From: Chthoniobacteraceae bacterium
GTDB lineage: Bacteria; Verrucomicrobiota; Verrucomicrobiia; Chthoniobacterales; Chthoniobacteraceae
Length of the DNA: 29,976 bases
Reading direction: 5' to 3'
Assembly (NCBI GenBank): GCA_031409655.1
Contig: JANNXQ010000073.1
Location: 1-29,976, forward strand
Shown here: positions 1 to 8,136 of the stretch, one piece after another
Position numbering within the stretch: position 1 is the first letter of the stretch
Layout: each line of letters opens with the position of its first letter
Program-made: the position numbers and the translations under genes
Notes under the pieces: generated by a model
Told to the model about the DNA's origin: nothing
Seen by the model: only the letters and a program-made list of their open reading frames with translations
The model's database searches: none

Positions 1-143
1 TCCGAACTGAGCTTGCCCCGGTTTGGTGGACATCCGGGGCGGCGCGGTGGGTTAGGGGTTAGGGGCGTTGGTTTTCGAAGTTCTGAGGGGTCTGGGGTGT
101 CGCGAGGCTGGCGCAAAGTTTTGCCGCGCGCTAAGGATTGCAA

Positions 144-731
144 ATGCGTCTGCCTGCGACCTTCCCCTTGGTCCTGCTCGCCTTCGGCTTTGCGTCCGCG
201 CAGGAGCTTCCGCGAGGTAGCGGCTCCTCGACGGCTTCGGGGATCGAGGATCTGTTTTCGCCGCCACCGCTCGTGCTCGAAGCTGCTGAGCTTCCGGCGA
301 GCCCGGTGTCTGCGGCGGAACTCGAGAAGGCGCGCGCGGATCGGGATCGAGCGAAGGCCAAAAGCGCGCGCTGGGTGCGCCTGCAAAAGGCTGGGGTGCT
401 CTCGAAGGTCGAGGCGGAGCGTGCTCAGCGGCAGGCGTCCCAGGCGGGTTTGCGCTACGAACAAAAGCACGTCATGCAGTTGCGTCAGCAGCTCGACGAA
501 CTGCGCGCGCGCTCCGCGTCGCCTGAACTGATGGCCAGTGTCGAGGCCGCGCTGCAAACTGCGCAGACGCTCGCTTCTTCCGCCGAGGATGCGTGGAAAA
601 AGCTCGAGGTCGCCTTGGCCGAAACGAACGTCGCCCGCCGGCGGGCACTCACCAAGTCCGGCCTCGGCTCAAAAGCGGAGCTCCGCCGAGCGGAGAGTGA
701 TCTCGTGAAGCTGCGGGAGTCCGCGAAGTAG
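144..731 (+). CDS. Secreted coiled-coil hypothetical protein with two HlyD/MFP-like alpha-hairpin motifs
   Basis: ATG at 144 preceded by AAGGA; signal peptide MRLPATFPLVLLAFGFASA; Ala/Glu/Arg-rich helices; repeated motif RWVRLQKAGVLSKVEAERA / RRRALTKSGLGSKAELRRA. Confidence 0.75.
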   Translation: MRLPATFPLVLLAFGFASAQELPRGSGSSTASGIEDLFSPPPLVLEAAELPASPVSAAELEKARADRDRAKAKSARWVRLQKAGVLSKVEAERAQRQASQAGLRYEQKHVMQLRQQLDELRARSASPELMASVEAALQTAQTLASSAEDAWKKLEVALAETNVARRRALTKSGLGSKAELRRAESDLVKLRESAK

Positions 732-745
732 CAATTTTCAAACGC

Positions 746-1396
746 TCAGGACGAGAGGCGATCGATCCGCCAGGCGTGACCTGACTCGCGGGAATACCGC
801 AGCCGATCATGCAGCCGACTGCGGCGACCTTGCCAAAACTCGATGCTCTCCGGCGCGAGGCAGTAGCCGCCCCAGTGCGGAGGCAGGGGGATCTGAGCGT
901 CGCCATACTTCGCCCGCGTCTCCTCAAACTGGCGCTCGAGTTGCGCGCGGTCCGCGAGCACTTCGCTCTGCTGCGAGGCCCACGCGCCGAGCTGACTGGC
1001 GACGGGGCGCGAATGAAAATACTCCTCGCTCTCTTCCCGCGAAATCTGACTTACCGAGCCCGCGACGTTGACCTGCCGCTCGAGCGCACCCCACCAGAAG
1101 GTCACGGCAGCGCGCGGATTTGCGGCCAGATGCCGGGCCTTGGCGCCGGCGTAGTTCGTGAAAAAGGTGAAGCCGCGGGCGTCGCATACTTTCAGCAGGA
1201 CCGTCCGGGTCCACGGCTGGCCCATTGCGTCCACCGTCGCCAGGGTCATGGCATTTGGCTCCAGGATCCCGCACTGGGTGGCTTCGTGGAGCCACGCGTT
1301 GAATTGAGGGATCGGATCCGCATCGAGATCGGATCGGCGCAAGCCGCGCTGGGAGTAGTCTTGCCGGAGCGCGGCAAGCTGGGTGGCGTTGAGCAT
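746..1396 (-). CDS. pdxH: Pyridoxamine 5'-phosphate oxidase
   Basis: LRQDY, EPNAMTLAT, RTVLLK, FFTNY, YFHSRP, SQQS, PPHWGGY, EFWQGRRSRLHDR motifs; 216 aa. Confidence 0.97.
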   Translation of the reverse strand: MLNATQLAALRQDYSQRGLRRSDLDADPIPQFNAWLHEATQCGILEPNAMTLATVDAMGQPWTRTVLLKVCDARGFTFFTNYAGAKARHLAANPRAAVTFWWGALERQVNVAGSVSQISREESEEYFHSRPVASQLGAWASQQSEVLADRAQLERQFEETRAKYGDAQIPLPPHWGGYCLAPESIEFWQGRRSRLHDRLRYSRESGHAWRIDRLSS

Positions 1397-1492
1397 TTAG
1401 GAATTAGGATGGTGCATTTGAGAGCCTGGCGCTGAGCGGAGCGCGAAGTTTCCCAATGCGCATGGCCAAATCCTCAATGCTTGGAGCCCCCC

Positions 1493-1948
1493 TTATTCCT
1501 TCGTTGGCGGCAACTGTACGATCTGGAACCAGTATTTCTCCAGCGTCTGCAGGATGTCCACGAGGGCCTCAAAAGTCACCGGCTTCACGATGTAACTGTT
1601 CACCCCGAGATCGTAGCTTTTGAAGACGTCCTCATCGGCCTTCGACGTGGTCAGTACGACGACGGGCAGGGTGCGCAGTTCCGGATCGCTCTTGATTTCC
1701 TTCAGCACGGAACGGCCGTCTTTGCGCGGCATGTTCAGGTCCAGGAGCAGGAGTCCCGGGCGCGGTGCATCGGCAGGGGGCGCGTATTTCCCCTGGCGCC
1801 GGAGGTAGTCCATGACCTCTTCGCCATTGACCACGAAGCGCATCTGATTCAGGAGGCGGCTCTCGGCGAGGGCCTCCTGGGTCAAGCGGCGGTCATCGTC
1901 ATCGTCATCGGCCATTAGAATGATGATTGGCACGGCTTCGTTATTCAT
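1493..1948 (-). CDS. Single-domain response regulator (Rcp1/CheY-like)
   Basis: ADDD acidic pocket, LLDLNMPRKDG (phospho-Asp), LTTS, YIVKP, C-terminal KYWF typical of Rcp1-type regulators; overlaps the kinase stop by 8 nt. Confidence 0.93.
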   Translation of the reverse strand: MNNEAVPIIILMADDDDDDRRLTQEALAESRLLNQMRFVVNGEEVMDYLRRQGKYAPPADAPRPGLLLLDLNMPRKDGRSVLKEIKSDPELRTLPVVVLTTSKADEDVFKSYDLGVNSYIVKPVTFEALVDILQTLEKYWFQIVQLPPTKE

Positions 1949-3767
1949 GGGTTTTGAGGGAGATTTGTTCGACCGGCAGCGTCACCACAAAAGTGGCGCC
2001 CCTTCCTCCAGAGCTTTTTGCCACAATCTTCCCGGCGTGCCTATCGGTAATTTTCCGACAGACCGCGAGGCCGATGCCGGTGCCGGGATATTCATCGCGG
2101 CTGTGGAGGCGCTGAAAGACGACGAAGATCTGCTCGGTGAATTTTTCCTCGAAGCCGATGCCGTTGTCCGCCACCGAGACCTCCGCGACCCAGTCGCCGG
2201 CATGAGCTCCGGGGATGATGTGCCCGGGGGCTTCATAGACCCGGCCAGCGATGTGGATGACGGGCCGTTCACCCGGTCGCTGGAACTTCATCGAGTTGCT
2301 GATGAGATTTTGAAAGAGCTGCCAAAGCTGCAGGGGATCGCCGGAAACGGTGGGCAGGTCGCCGACCTTGATGACCGCTCCATTCTTCTCGATGGCCACC
2401 ACCAAATCCCCGATGACGTCGCGGACGATCGTCCCCAGATCGCACTCCACAAAGGGCTGCGCCTGCGTCACCACCCGGGAGAGCTTCAGTAAATCCTGGA
2501 TCAGCCCCTGCATCCGTTGGGCGGCATTTTCCATCCGCGAAAGATAGTCGCGGCCCTGCTCACTGAGCTGGTCGCCGCACTTCGAGCGCAGGCGGTCGCC
2601 AAAGGCCTGGATCTTCCGCAGCGGCTCCTGCAGATCGTGCGAGGCGACGTTGGCAAAGTCTTGCAGTTCGGCATTCGAGCGTTCGAGCTGTTCGGAGAAA
2701 CGCTTCAATTTTTCCTCCGCCAGCTTTCGTTCGCTGATGTCGGAGCTGATCCCGACGAGGCCCACGATGGTGCCGTCCGTATCGCGCAGCGGCACTTTCG
2801 TCGTTTCGAGCCACTTTGCGGTCGCGCCCTCGCGGGTCACGGGGACCTCCCGGTTGATTAATGGTTGGCCCGTCTCGATGAGCTGCCGATCATCTTCCAC
2901 GGTGCTCGCGACGGCGTCGGGGGGGAAGTAATCCGCCGCTGACGTTCCCTCGATGATCTGGTGGTCCGAAAGGCCGAGGTAGCGGCGGTGCGCGGCGTTA
3001 TCGAGGATGTAGCGGCCCTTCACGTCTTTTACAAAAACGTGGTCGGGCATGGTGTCGATGATCGAGCTCAGGAGATTGTGTTCGCTGGCCAGCGCCTCTT
3101 CCGCGCGGCGTCGGGCGCCGATGTCGCGCAGGATCATCGAGCACGCTTTGTAGAGCGCGACGAAGGTGAGGAGCGTTCCCCCGAGAATGACGATGAGGTT
3201 TTCCTTGGAGATTTCATTCGCGGCCGCGATGCGCTCCTCGAGCACGCGAGTCTGCACTTCCTCGAACTCGTCCAAAATCCGCTCGATCCGGGTGGTCAAG
3301 GCGACGTTCGTTTCGCCGTCCACGAGCTGCGTGACCCCGGGCGATCCGGCCTCGCGCCGCGCGTCGATCTCGATCGACTGCAAGGTCGCCAGTTCATCGA
3401 TCGGAGTCTCCAAGGCGGTAAGCCGCTCGGCCTGCGGCCCCTCTTTGCCGATGAGATCGCGCAGCTCTTTGAGGGAATTTGTGAGACTCGCTTCGGTCAT
3501 CGAGTATTGCTGCAGGAGCGTCTCCTCCCCGAGCACCAGATAGCGCAGACGCAGATTTTCGAGTTCCGCGAGATTCCGGCGAGCGCGTTCCTCGACCTGC
3601 AGCACCTGGCGCGAGAGGGCGATCTCCGTCGCCGTGTGCAGGTAGCGGCGATCAGTCTGAACGCTCAGGAACGCGACCAACAAAAGGATGGCGAAGATGA
3701 GCGCAAAACCAACCACCACCTTGCGCTGGATCGCAGGGCGGGCAGTGGCTTGGTTCAGGGGGGGCAT
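1941..3767 (-). CDS. Membrane sensor histidine kinase (CHASE3-like periplasmic domain, PAS, HisKA, HATPase)
   Basis: Start re-called at MPPLNQ (3767), just 3' of the tRNA; two TM helices; PAS (IIDTMPDHVFVKDVKGRY...KVPLRDTDG); H-box ASHDLQEPLRKI; N-box NLISNSMKF; DNGIG; GTGIGL. Confidence 0.93.
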   Translation of the reverse strand: MPPLNQATARPAIQRKVVVGFALIFAILLLVAFLSVQTDRRYLHTATEIALSRQVLQVEERARRNLAELENLRLRYLVLGEETLLQQYSMTEASLTNSLKELRDLIGKEGPQAERLTALETPIDELATLQSIEIDARREAGSPGVTQLVDGETNVALTTRIERILDEFEEVQTRVLEERIAAANEISKENLIVILGGTLLTFVALYKACSMILRDIGARRRAEEALASEHNLLSSIIDTMPDHVFVKDVKGRYILDNAAHRRYLGLSDHQIIEGTSAADYFPPDAVASTVEDDRQLIETGQPLINREVPVTREGATAKWLETTKVPLRDTDGTIVGLVGISSDISERKLAEEKLKRFSEQLERSNAELQDFANVASHDLQEPLRKIQAFGDRLRSKCGDQLSEQGRDYLSRMENAAQRMQGLIQDLLKLSRVVTQAQPFVECDLGTIVRDVIGDLVVAIEKNGAVIKVGDLPTVSGDPLQLWQLFQNLISNSMKFQRPGERPVIHIAGRVYEAPGHIIPGAHAGDWVAEVSVADNGIGFEEKFTEQIFVVFQRLHSRDEYPGTGIGLAVCRKITDRHAGKIVAKSSGGRGATFVVTLPVEQISLKTHE

Positions 3768-3781
3768 CGGGAAAGTGAGTT

Positions 3782-3869
3782 TGGCGGAGGGGGTGGGATT
3801 CGAACCCACGGAACCTTGCGGTTCTCCGGTTTTCAAGACCGGCGCATTAGACCACTCTGCCACCCCTCC
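3782..3869 (-). tRNA. tRNA-Ser (anticodon TGA)
   Basis: Minus strand GGAGGGGTGGCAGAGTGGTCTAATGCGCCGGTCT-TGA-AAACCGGAGAACCGCAAGGTTCCGTGGGTTCGAATCCCACCCCCTCCGCCA: acceptor stem, D loop, anticodon stem CCGGT/ACCGG, long variable arm, TTCGAAT loop, encoded CCA. Confidence 0.98.
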
Positions 3870-3883
3870 AGCGGTGCAGCCGG

Positions 3884-3913
3884 AAGGTAGGTGGGTGGCG
3901 GGGGGTGCGGCAA
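3884..3913 (-). promoter_or_regulatory. Putative sigma70 promoter for tRNA-Ser
   Basis: Minus strand TTGCCG-N18-TACCTT followed by a GC-rich discriminator, 14 nt upstream of the tRNA 5' end. Confidence 0.5.
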
Positions 3914-3928
3914 GCGCGGAGGCTCCGA

Positions 3929-4013
3929 CTCGTAATCGTAATCGTAATCGTCCTCGGCCTCGATAAATCGCGCTCCGGACGAGGACGAGGACGATTACGA
4001 TTACGAGGACGAG
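3929..4013. repeat. Hexamer tandem-repeat inverted element (NTCGTN)n...(NACGAN)n
   Basis: 34-nt arms at 3929-3962 and 3980-4013 are reverse complements with 3 mismatches; 17-nt loop. Confidence 0.9.
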
Positions 4014-4064
4014 CGCTCCGGCCTTGTCTTCCCGCGTTCCGATTCCGACACTCCGCGCGCCTTC

Positions 4065-5198
4065 GTGAAGATCCTCATTGCGCCCGACAAATTCAAAGGC
4101 TCGATCTCCGCCCCTGCGGCAGCGGAGGCGATTGCGCGGGGGTTGCGCGCGAGTCTGCCGGATGCGGGGTTGCGGCTCGCGCCGATCGCGGATGGTGGAG
4201 AAGGTTTCGCCGAGACGCTTTCCGTGGCGCTCGGCGGGGAATGGGTAATGACTCGGGCGCGCGATCCTTTGGGGCGCGAGGTTGACGCGCGCTATGCGTG
4301 GGTGGCCGGGGAAAAGCTCGCCATCATCGACATGAGTGAGGCCTCCGGGCTCTGGCGGGTGCAGGCCGGGGAGCGCGATCCGCTCCGGGCGACTACTTTC
4401 GGCACAGGGCAGTTGCTGCGCCACGCGATCGAGCGCGGAGCGCGGAAGATCCTCGTGGGGCTCGGCGGCAGCGCGACCACGGATGGCGGCATCGGGATGG
4501 CGGAGGCGCTCGGGTACGAATTCCTGACCAGCGATGGCGACCCGATCGAGACGATCCCGGCGAACCTCCTCGCCTTCATCCGCATCATCACCAAGGGCGC
4601 GCTCTCCTGTCCCGAAATCGTGGCCGCCTGCGATGTCACGAATCCGCTCTGCGGCCCGCGCGGGGCGGCGCGCGTCTTCGGTCCGCAAAAGGGCGCGGAC
4701 CCTGAAACCGTGGATCAGCTCGATGAAGGTCTGCGCAATCTGGCGGACATCGTGGCGCTGGATCTCGAGTGCGATCACCGCGCGACGCCGGGCGCCGGCG
4801 CGGCGGGGGGGATTGGTTTTGGTCTGCTGAGTTTCTGCGGAGCGAAAATTTGTTCGGGCTTTGATCTCGTCGCCGAGGTGCTTCATCTGGAGGAGCAAAT
4901 CGCCGCCAGCGATCTGGTGATCACGGGTGAAGGCCGTCTGGACGGCCAGACCCTCGATGGCAAAGGTCCCGCGGGTGTCGCCGCACTCGCGCGGAAACAT
5001 GGCAAGCCCACGCTCGCTTTCGCGGGTTCGATCGCCGATGCCTCCGCGGTCGATGCGATCTTCACCGCGACCTGCCCGATCATCGACGAGCCCGTGACGC
5101 TGGAGGAGGCAATGCGCCGCGGCGCGGAATTCCTGGAACGCGCCGCGCGCCGAGCCGGGCACCTCGTGAATCTCGGAATCTCAAAACACGTCCCATGA
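4065..5198 (+). CDS. glxK: Glycerate kinase (GlxK/GarK family)
   Basis: KILIAPDKFKGS, PIADGGEG, GLGGSATTDGG, ACDVTNPL, FGPQKGA, GAGAAGG, ITGEGRLDGQTLDGK. Confidence 0.93.
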   Translation: MKILIAPDKFKGSISAPAAAEAIARGLRASLPDAGLRLAPIADGGEGFAETLSVALGGEWVMTRARDPLGREVDARYAWVAGEKLAIIDMSEASGLWRVQAGERDPLRATTFGTGQLLRHAIERGARKILVGLGGSATTDGGIGMAEALGYEFLTSDGDPIETIPANLLAFIRIITKGALSCPEIVAACDVTNPLCGPRGAARVFGPQKGADPETVDQLDEGLRNLADIVALDLECDHRATPGAGAAGGIGFGLLSFCGAKICSGFDLVAEVLHLEEQIAASDLVITGEGRLDGQTLDGKGPAGVAALARKHGKPTLAFAGSIADASAVDAIFTATCPIIDEPVTLEEAMRRGAEFLERAARRAGHLVNLGISKHVP

Positions 5199-5202
5199 GC
5201 GT

Positions 5203-5307
5203 GAAATCCGAACAACGAACTTCTCGCATTGTTCGAGCGCGGTTTGTTTTCTCCTTTCCCGGCACTTGAAATTTGTTTCGGATTTCGAGCTTCGGATTTC
5301 GGATTTT
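5203..5307. repeat. Heptamer repeat element (TTCGGAT-type) with a degenerate inverted left arm
   Basis: TTCGGAT TTCGAGC TTCGGAT TTCGGAT at 5277-5304; GAAATCCGAAC at 5203-5213 is complementary to it. Confidence 0.75.
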
Positions 5308-5312
5308 CCCTT

Positions 5313-6248
5313 ATGAAACGCATCGCCATCCTCTTCGCCGGTCAGGGAGCTCAAGCTGTCGGCATGGGCCAGGATCTCGCCGCCACCCACCCTGTCGCCG
5401 GTAAACTCTTTGCACAGGCCGATCAAATCCTCGGACGCGACCTCAGCCGCATCGCCTTCGAAGGGCCCAAGGACGAACTCACGCAGACGAAGAACTGTCA
5501 GCCCGCGCTTTTCGTCCACGGTCTCGCCTGTCTCGCCGCGCTCCGGCAGCAGGCTGGCGACTTTCCGATTCACGTCGCGGCGGGCTTGTCGCTCGGCGAA
5601 TTCACCGCCCACGCGGCCGCTGGGACGTTCGATTTTGAGACGGGCCTCCGCCTCGTCGCCGAGCGCGGGCTTTTCATGCAGGAAGCCTGCGATGAGACCG
5701 AGGGAGGCATGGCCGCGATGATCGGTGGCGATGAAAGCGCGGTGCGCACGCTCGCCTCGGAGTGCGACGTGGACGTGGCAAATCTGAACAGTCCCGGGCA
5801 AATCGTGATCTCTGGCGAGAGCGCGAAGATCGCCCTCGCGGTCTCGCTGGCGAAGGAACACGGCATCCGCGTGGCCAAGACCCTCGAAGTCGCCGGGGCC
5901 TATCATTCGCGCCTCATGAATTCCGCCTATCTGAAGCTCGGCGACGCCCTGCAGCGCGTCACTTTCGGCGAGCCGCGATTTCCGGTCATTTGCAATGTCG
6001 ATGCGCGTCCCGTCCACACTGCGGAAGAGATCCGCGAATCGCTCCAGGATCAGGTGACCGGCACGGTGCGGTGGACGGAGACCATCGAGTTCCTCGTCGA
6101 TGAGGAAAAGTGCGACCTCTTCCTCGAACTCGGTCCCGGCGGAGTGCTCGCCGGTCTGCTCAATCGGACCCGCAAAGGCACGCCCTGCCACTCCATCACC
6201 GATTGCGCCTCGCTCGACGCCGCCGTCGCCGCGTTGCAGGCCGGCTGA
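5313..6248 (+). CDS. fabD: Malonyl-CoA:ACP transacylase
   Basis: Start at MKRIAILFAGQGAQ; TKNCQPAL, GLSLGE (catalytic Ser), ANLNSPGQIVISG, GAYHS, ELGPG. Confidence 0.95.
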   Translation: MKRIAILFAGQGAQAVGMGQDLAATHPVAGKLFAQADQILGRDLSRIAFEGPKDELTQTKNCQPALFVHGLACLAALRQQAGDFPIHVAAGLSLGEFTAHAAAGTFDFETGLRLVAERGLFMQEACDETEGGMAAMIGGDESAVRTLASECDVDVANLNSPGQIVISGESAKIALAVSLAKEHGIRVAKTLEVAGAYHSRLMNSAYLKLGDALQRVTFGEPRFPVICNVDARPVHTAEEIRESLQDQVTGTVRWTETIEFLVDEEKCDLFLELGPGGVLAGLLNRTRKGTPCHSITDCASLDAAVAALQAG

Positions 6249-6257
6249 GAGCCCGGG

Positions 6258-7085
6258 CTATTCCGGCGGCTTTGCCAAAGTGACGTCCAGCCCGAAGAGC
6301 TTCCACTTCGGGGTCTCGTAGATGAACTTTGTCGCGAAGAGCACGTAGGCGGGTTCCTCCGGAAAGTGTCCCTGCACGGTGAGCAGGCCTTCCGTCGTGA
6401 TCGCTGGCGGCTCGAGGAAGATCGCCTGCTTCCCGCGGATGTAGGCGATGTCCACCTGCCTTTCGATGAAGCCATGGAAGGCGCGCTTGAGCTGCCCTTT
6501 CGTCAACTGATCCTGCCAGGCCTGCGCCACGCCATCGTAGAAGTCATCGAAGGAGCCGACCTGCACGCTCTTGTTAAAGAGCAGGAGCGACTCCTCCACC
6601 ATCCGCCGGATCTCCTCCTCCCCCGGCATCGGCTGGCTCACCTTGTCCGTAAAGCTCGCGCCTTTTCCCACGGCCCCGAAAAGATTCGCCGCCAAGCCCG
6701 TCTGGGTGCTTTTCGGAGTCCGCACCGAGAAGACCCGCCACGCGCCGCGCTCGTCCACCATCGTCACGATGAGCGCCGCTTTGCTCTGGTCGCGAAGCGT
6801 CACGTCCAGCGCGAGTTTCGCCGCATTGTCTTCGAAGACCGGCGGCGCACTGGTCAGCGAAGCGAGGTTTGCGAGCCCCAGTTCCTTCGTCGTCTGCGCA
6901 AAAAGTTTTTCACTTTGCTGTGCCCGGAATCCCTCCGAAGCGGACTGGTACGCTTCTTCCGCGCGGCCCGTGGCGATCAAGGCAAAGAAGGCTTTCGCGC
7001 CTTCCACCGGATCCCCCTTTTTCGCGCAAGAAGCGGTGAGGAGAGCGAGGCCGGCGAGAAGGCAGAGACGGGGGAGGGCGGGCAT
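6258..7085 (-). CDS. Hypothetical lipoprotein, probably two tandem NTF2-like/DUF4864-like domains
   Basis: Lipoprotein-type signal MPALPRLCLLAGLALLTAS-C; two ~110-aa halves ending DERGAWRVFSV and YETPKWKLFGL. Confidence 0.7.
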   Translation of the reverse strand: MPALPRLCLLAGLALLTASCAKKGDPVEGAKAFFALIATGRAEEAYQSASEGFRAQQSEKLFAQTTKELGLANLASLTSAPPVFEDNAAKLALDVTLRDQSKAALIVTMVDERGAWRVFSVRTPKSTQTGLAANLFGAVGKGASFTDKVSQPMPGEEEIRRMVEESLLLFNKSVQVGSFDDFYDGVAQAWQDQLTKGQLKRAFHGFIERQVDIAYIRGKQAIFLEPPAITTEGLLTVQGHFPEEPAYVLFATKFIYETPKWKLFGLDVTLAKPPE

Positions 7086-7105
7086 GCGCGCGGAAAATCC
7101 CAGAC

Positions 7106-8044
7106 TCACGCGCTCAACTCAAGCATCCGCCGGATCGGCCGCTCCGCCCGCGCCCGGATCGCTTCCGGGATGATGATCTCCGGCGTCAGGTTCAGCAGGC
7201 AATCGTGCAGTTTTTCCAGGGTGTTCTTTTTCATGTAGCGGCAGTCCGCGCACGCGCAGTGATCGGTGGGTCCCGGGATGAAAGTCTTCCCGGGAATCTC
7301 GCGCCGCAGTCGGTGCAGCATCCCGGATTCCGTGACGATCACGAAGGCCTGCGCCGGGGATTTCTTGCAGTAGGTCACCATCTTTTCCGTGGAGCAGACC
7401 TCATCCGCGAGCATTCGCACCGCGAAGGTACACTCGGGATGCGCCACCACGGGCGCATCGGGATATTCCGCGCGGATGCGCTCGATGGAGTCGCGTGTGA
7501 ATTCGACATGCACGTAGCAGTGCCCCTTCCACAGATCCATCTTCCGCCCCGTCTGTTCCATGACCCACGCGCCGAGATTTTCGTCAGGGACGAAAAGAAT
7601 GTTCCGATCCTTCGGCACTGCCTCGACCATCTTCACCGCATTGCCGCTCGTGCAGATCACGTCGCTCAGCGCTTTCACACCTGCCGAGCAATTGATGTAC
7701 GCGACTACGTAATAATTCTTCTCCGCATGGGCCCGCAGATGCGCCTCCAGCCTATCCGCCGGACAGGAATCGCTGAGCGAGCAACCCGCCTCCAGATCAG
7801 GCAGCACGACGGTCTTCGTGGGGTTCACGATCTTCGCCGTCTCGGCCATGAAGTGAACGCCGCAAAAGACGATGACATCCGCATCCGTCTCCGCCGCCTT
7901 GTAGCTGAGCCCCAGCGAATCCCCCACAAAGTCCGCCAGTTCCTGGATCTCCTTCACCTGATAGTTATGCGCAAGGATGACCGCATTCCGCGTGCGTTTC
8001 AGTTCGAGGATTTCTTCCGTGAGATCGACACCAAGAGTAGGCAT
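7106..8044 (-). CDS. nadA: Quinolinate synthase A
   Basis: ILAHNYQ, GDSL, FCGVHFMAETAK, AGCSL, YINCSA, CTSGNA, PDENLG, CYVH, AHPEC, CRYMK. Confidence 0.97.
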   Translation of the reverse strand: MPTLGVDLTEEILELKRTRNAVILAHNYQVKEIQELADFVGDSLGLSYKAAETDADVIVFCGVHFMAETAKIVNPTKTVVLPDLEAGCSLSDSCPADRLEAHLRAHAEKNYYVVAYINCSAGVKALSDVICTSGNAVKMVEAVPKDRNILFVPDENLGAWVMEQTGRKMDLWKGHCYVHVEFTRDSIERIRAEYPDAPVVAHPECTFAVRMLADEVCSTEKMVTYCKKSPAQAFVIVTESGMLHRLRREIPGKTFIPGPTDHCACADCRYMKKNTLEKLHDCLLNLTPEIIIPEAIRARAERPIRRMLELSA

Positions 8045-8136
8045 GCGAGGAACTTCGGGCTTCCTGGCGCGGGATTCACGCAGAATTTTTCCCGTCGCTG
8101 GGCAGGCGCGCCAGAGCGGGATCGGCAGCGCCGCAC

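Noticed and set aside
109..124. Sigma54-like TGGCGC...TTGC
   Set aside because: GG-to-GC spacing is 11 nt rather than the required 10.
1397..1492. Possible degenerate heptamer inverted element (TTAGGAA TTAGGAT ... CCAAATCCTCAA) upstream of pdxH
   Set aside because: Only two clear units and weak arm complementarity; not distinguishable from chance by eye.
1941..5162. 1073-aa ORF read as one giant kinase
   Set aside because: The first ~465 codons are the antisense of glycerate kinase, the hexamer repeat and the tRNA; the real kinase starts at about 3767.
5580..5600. FabD GLSLG instead of GHSLG as a sign of inactivation
   Set aside because: The catalytic Ser and the downstream Arg and His are retained, and GLSLG is a common natural variant.
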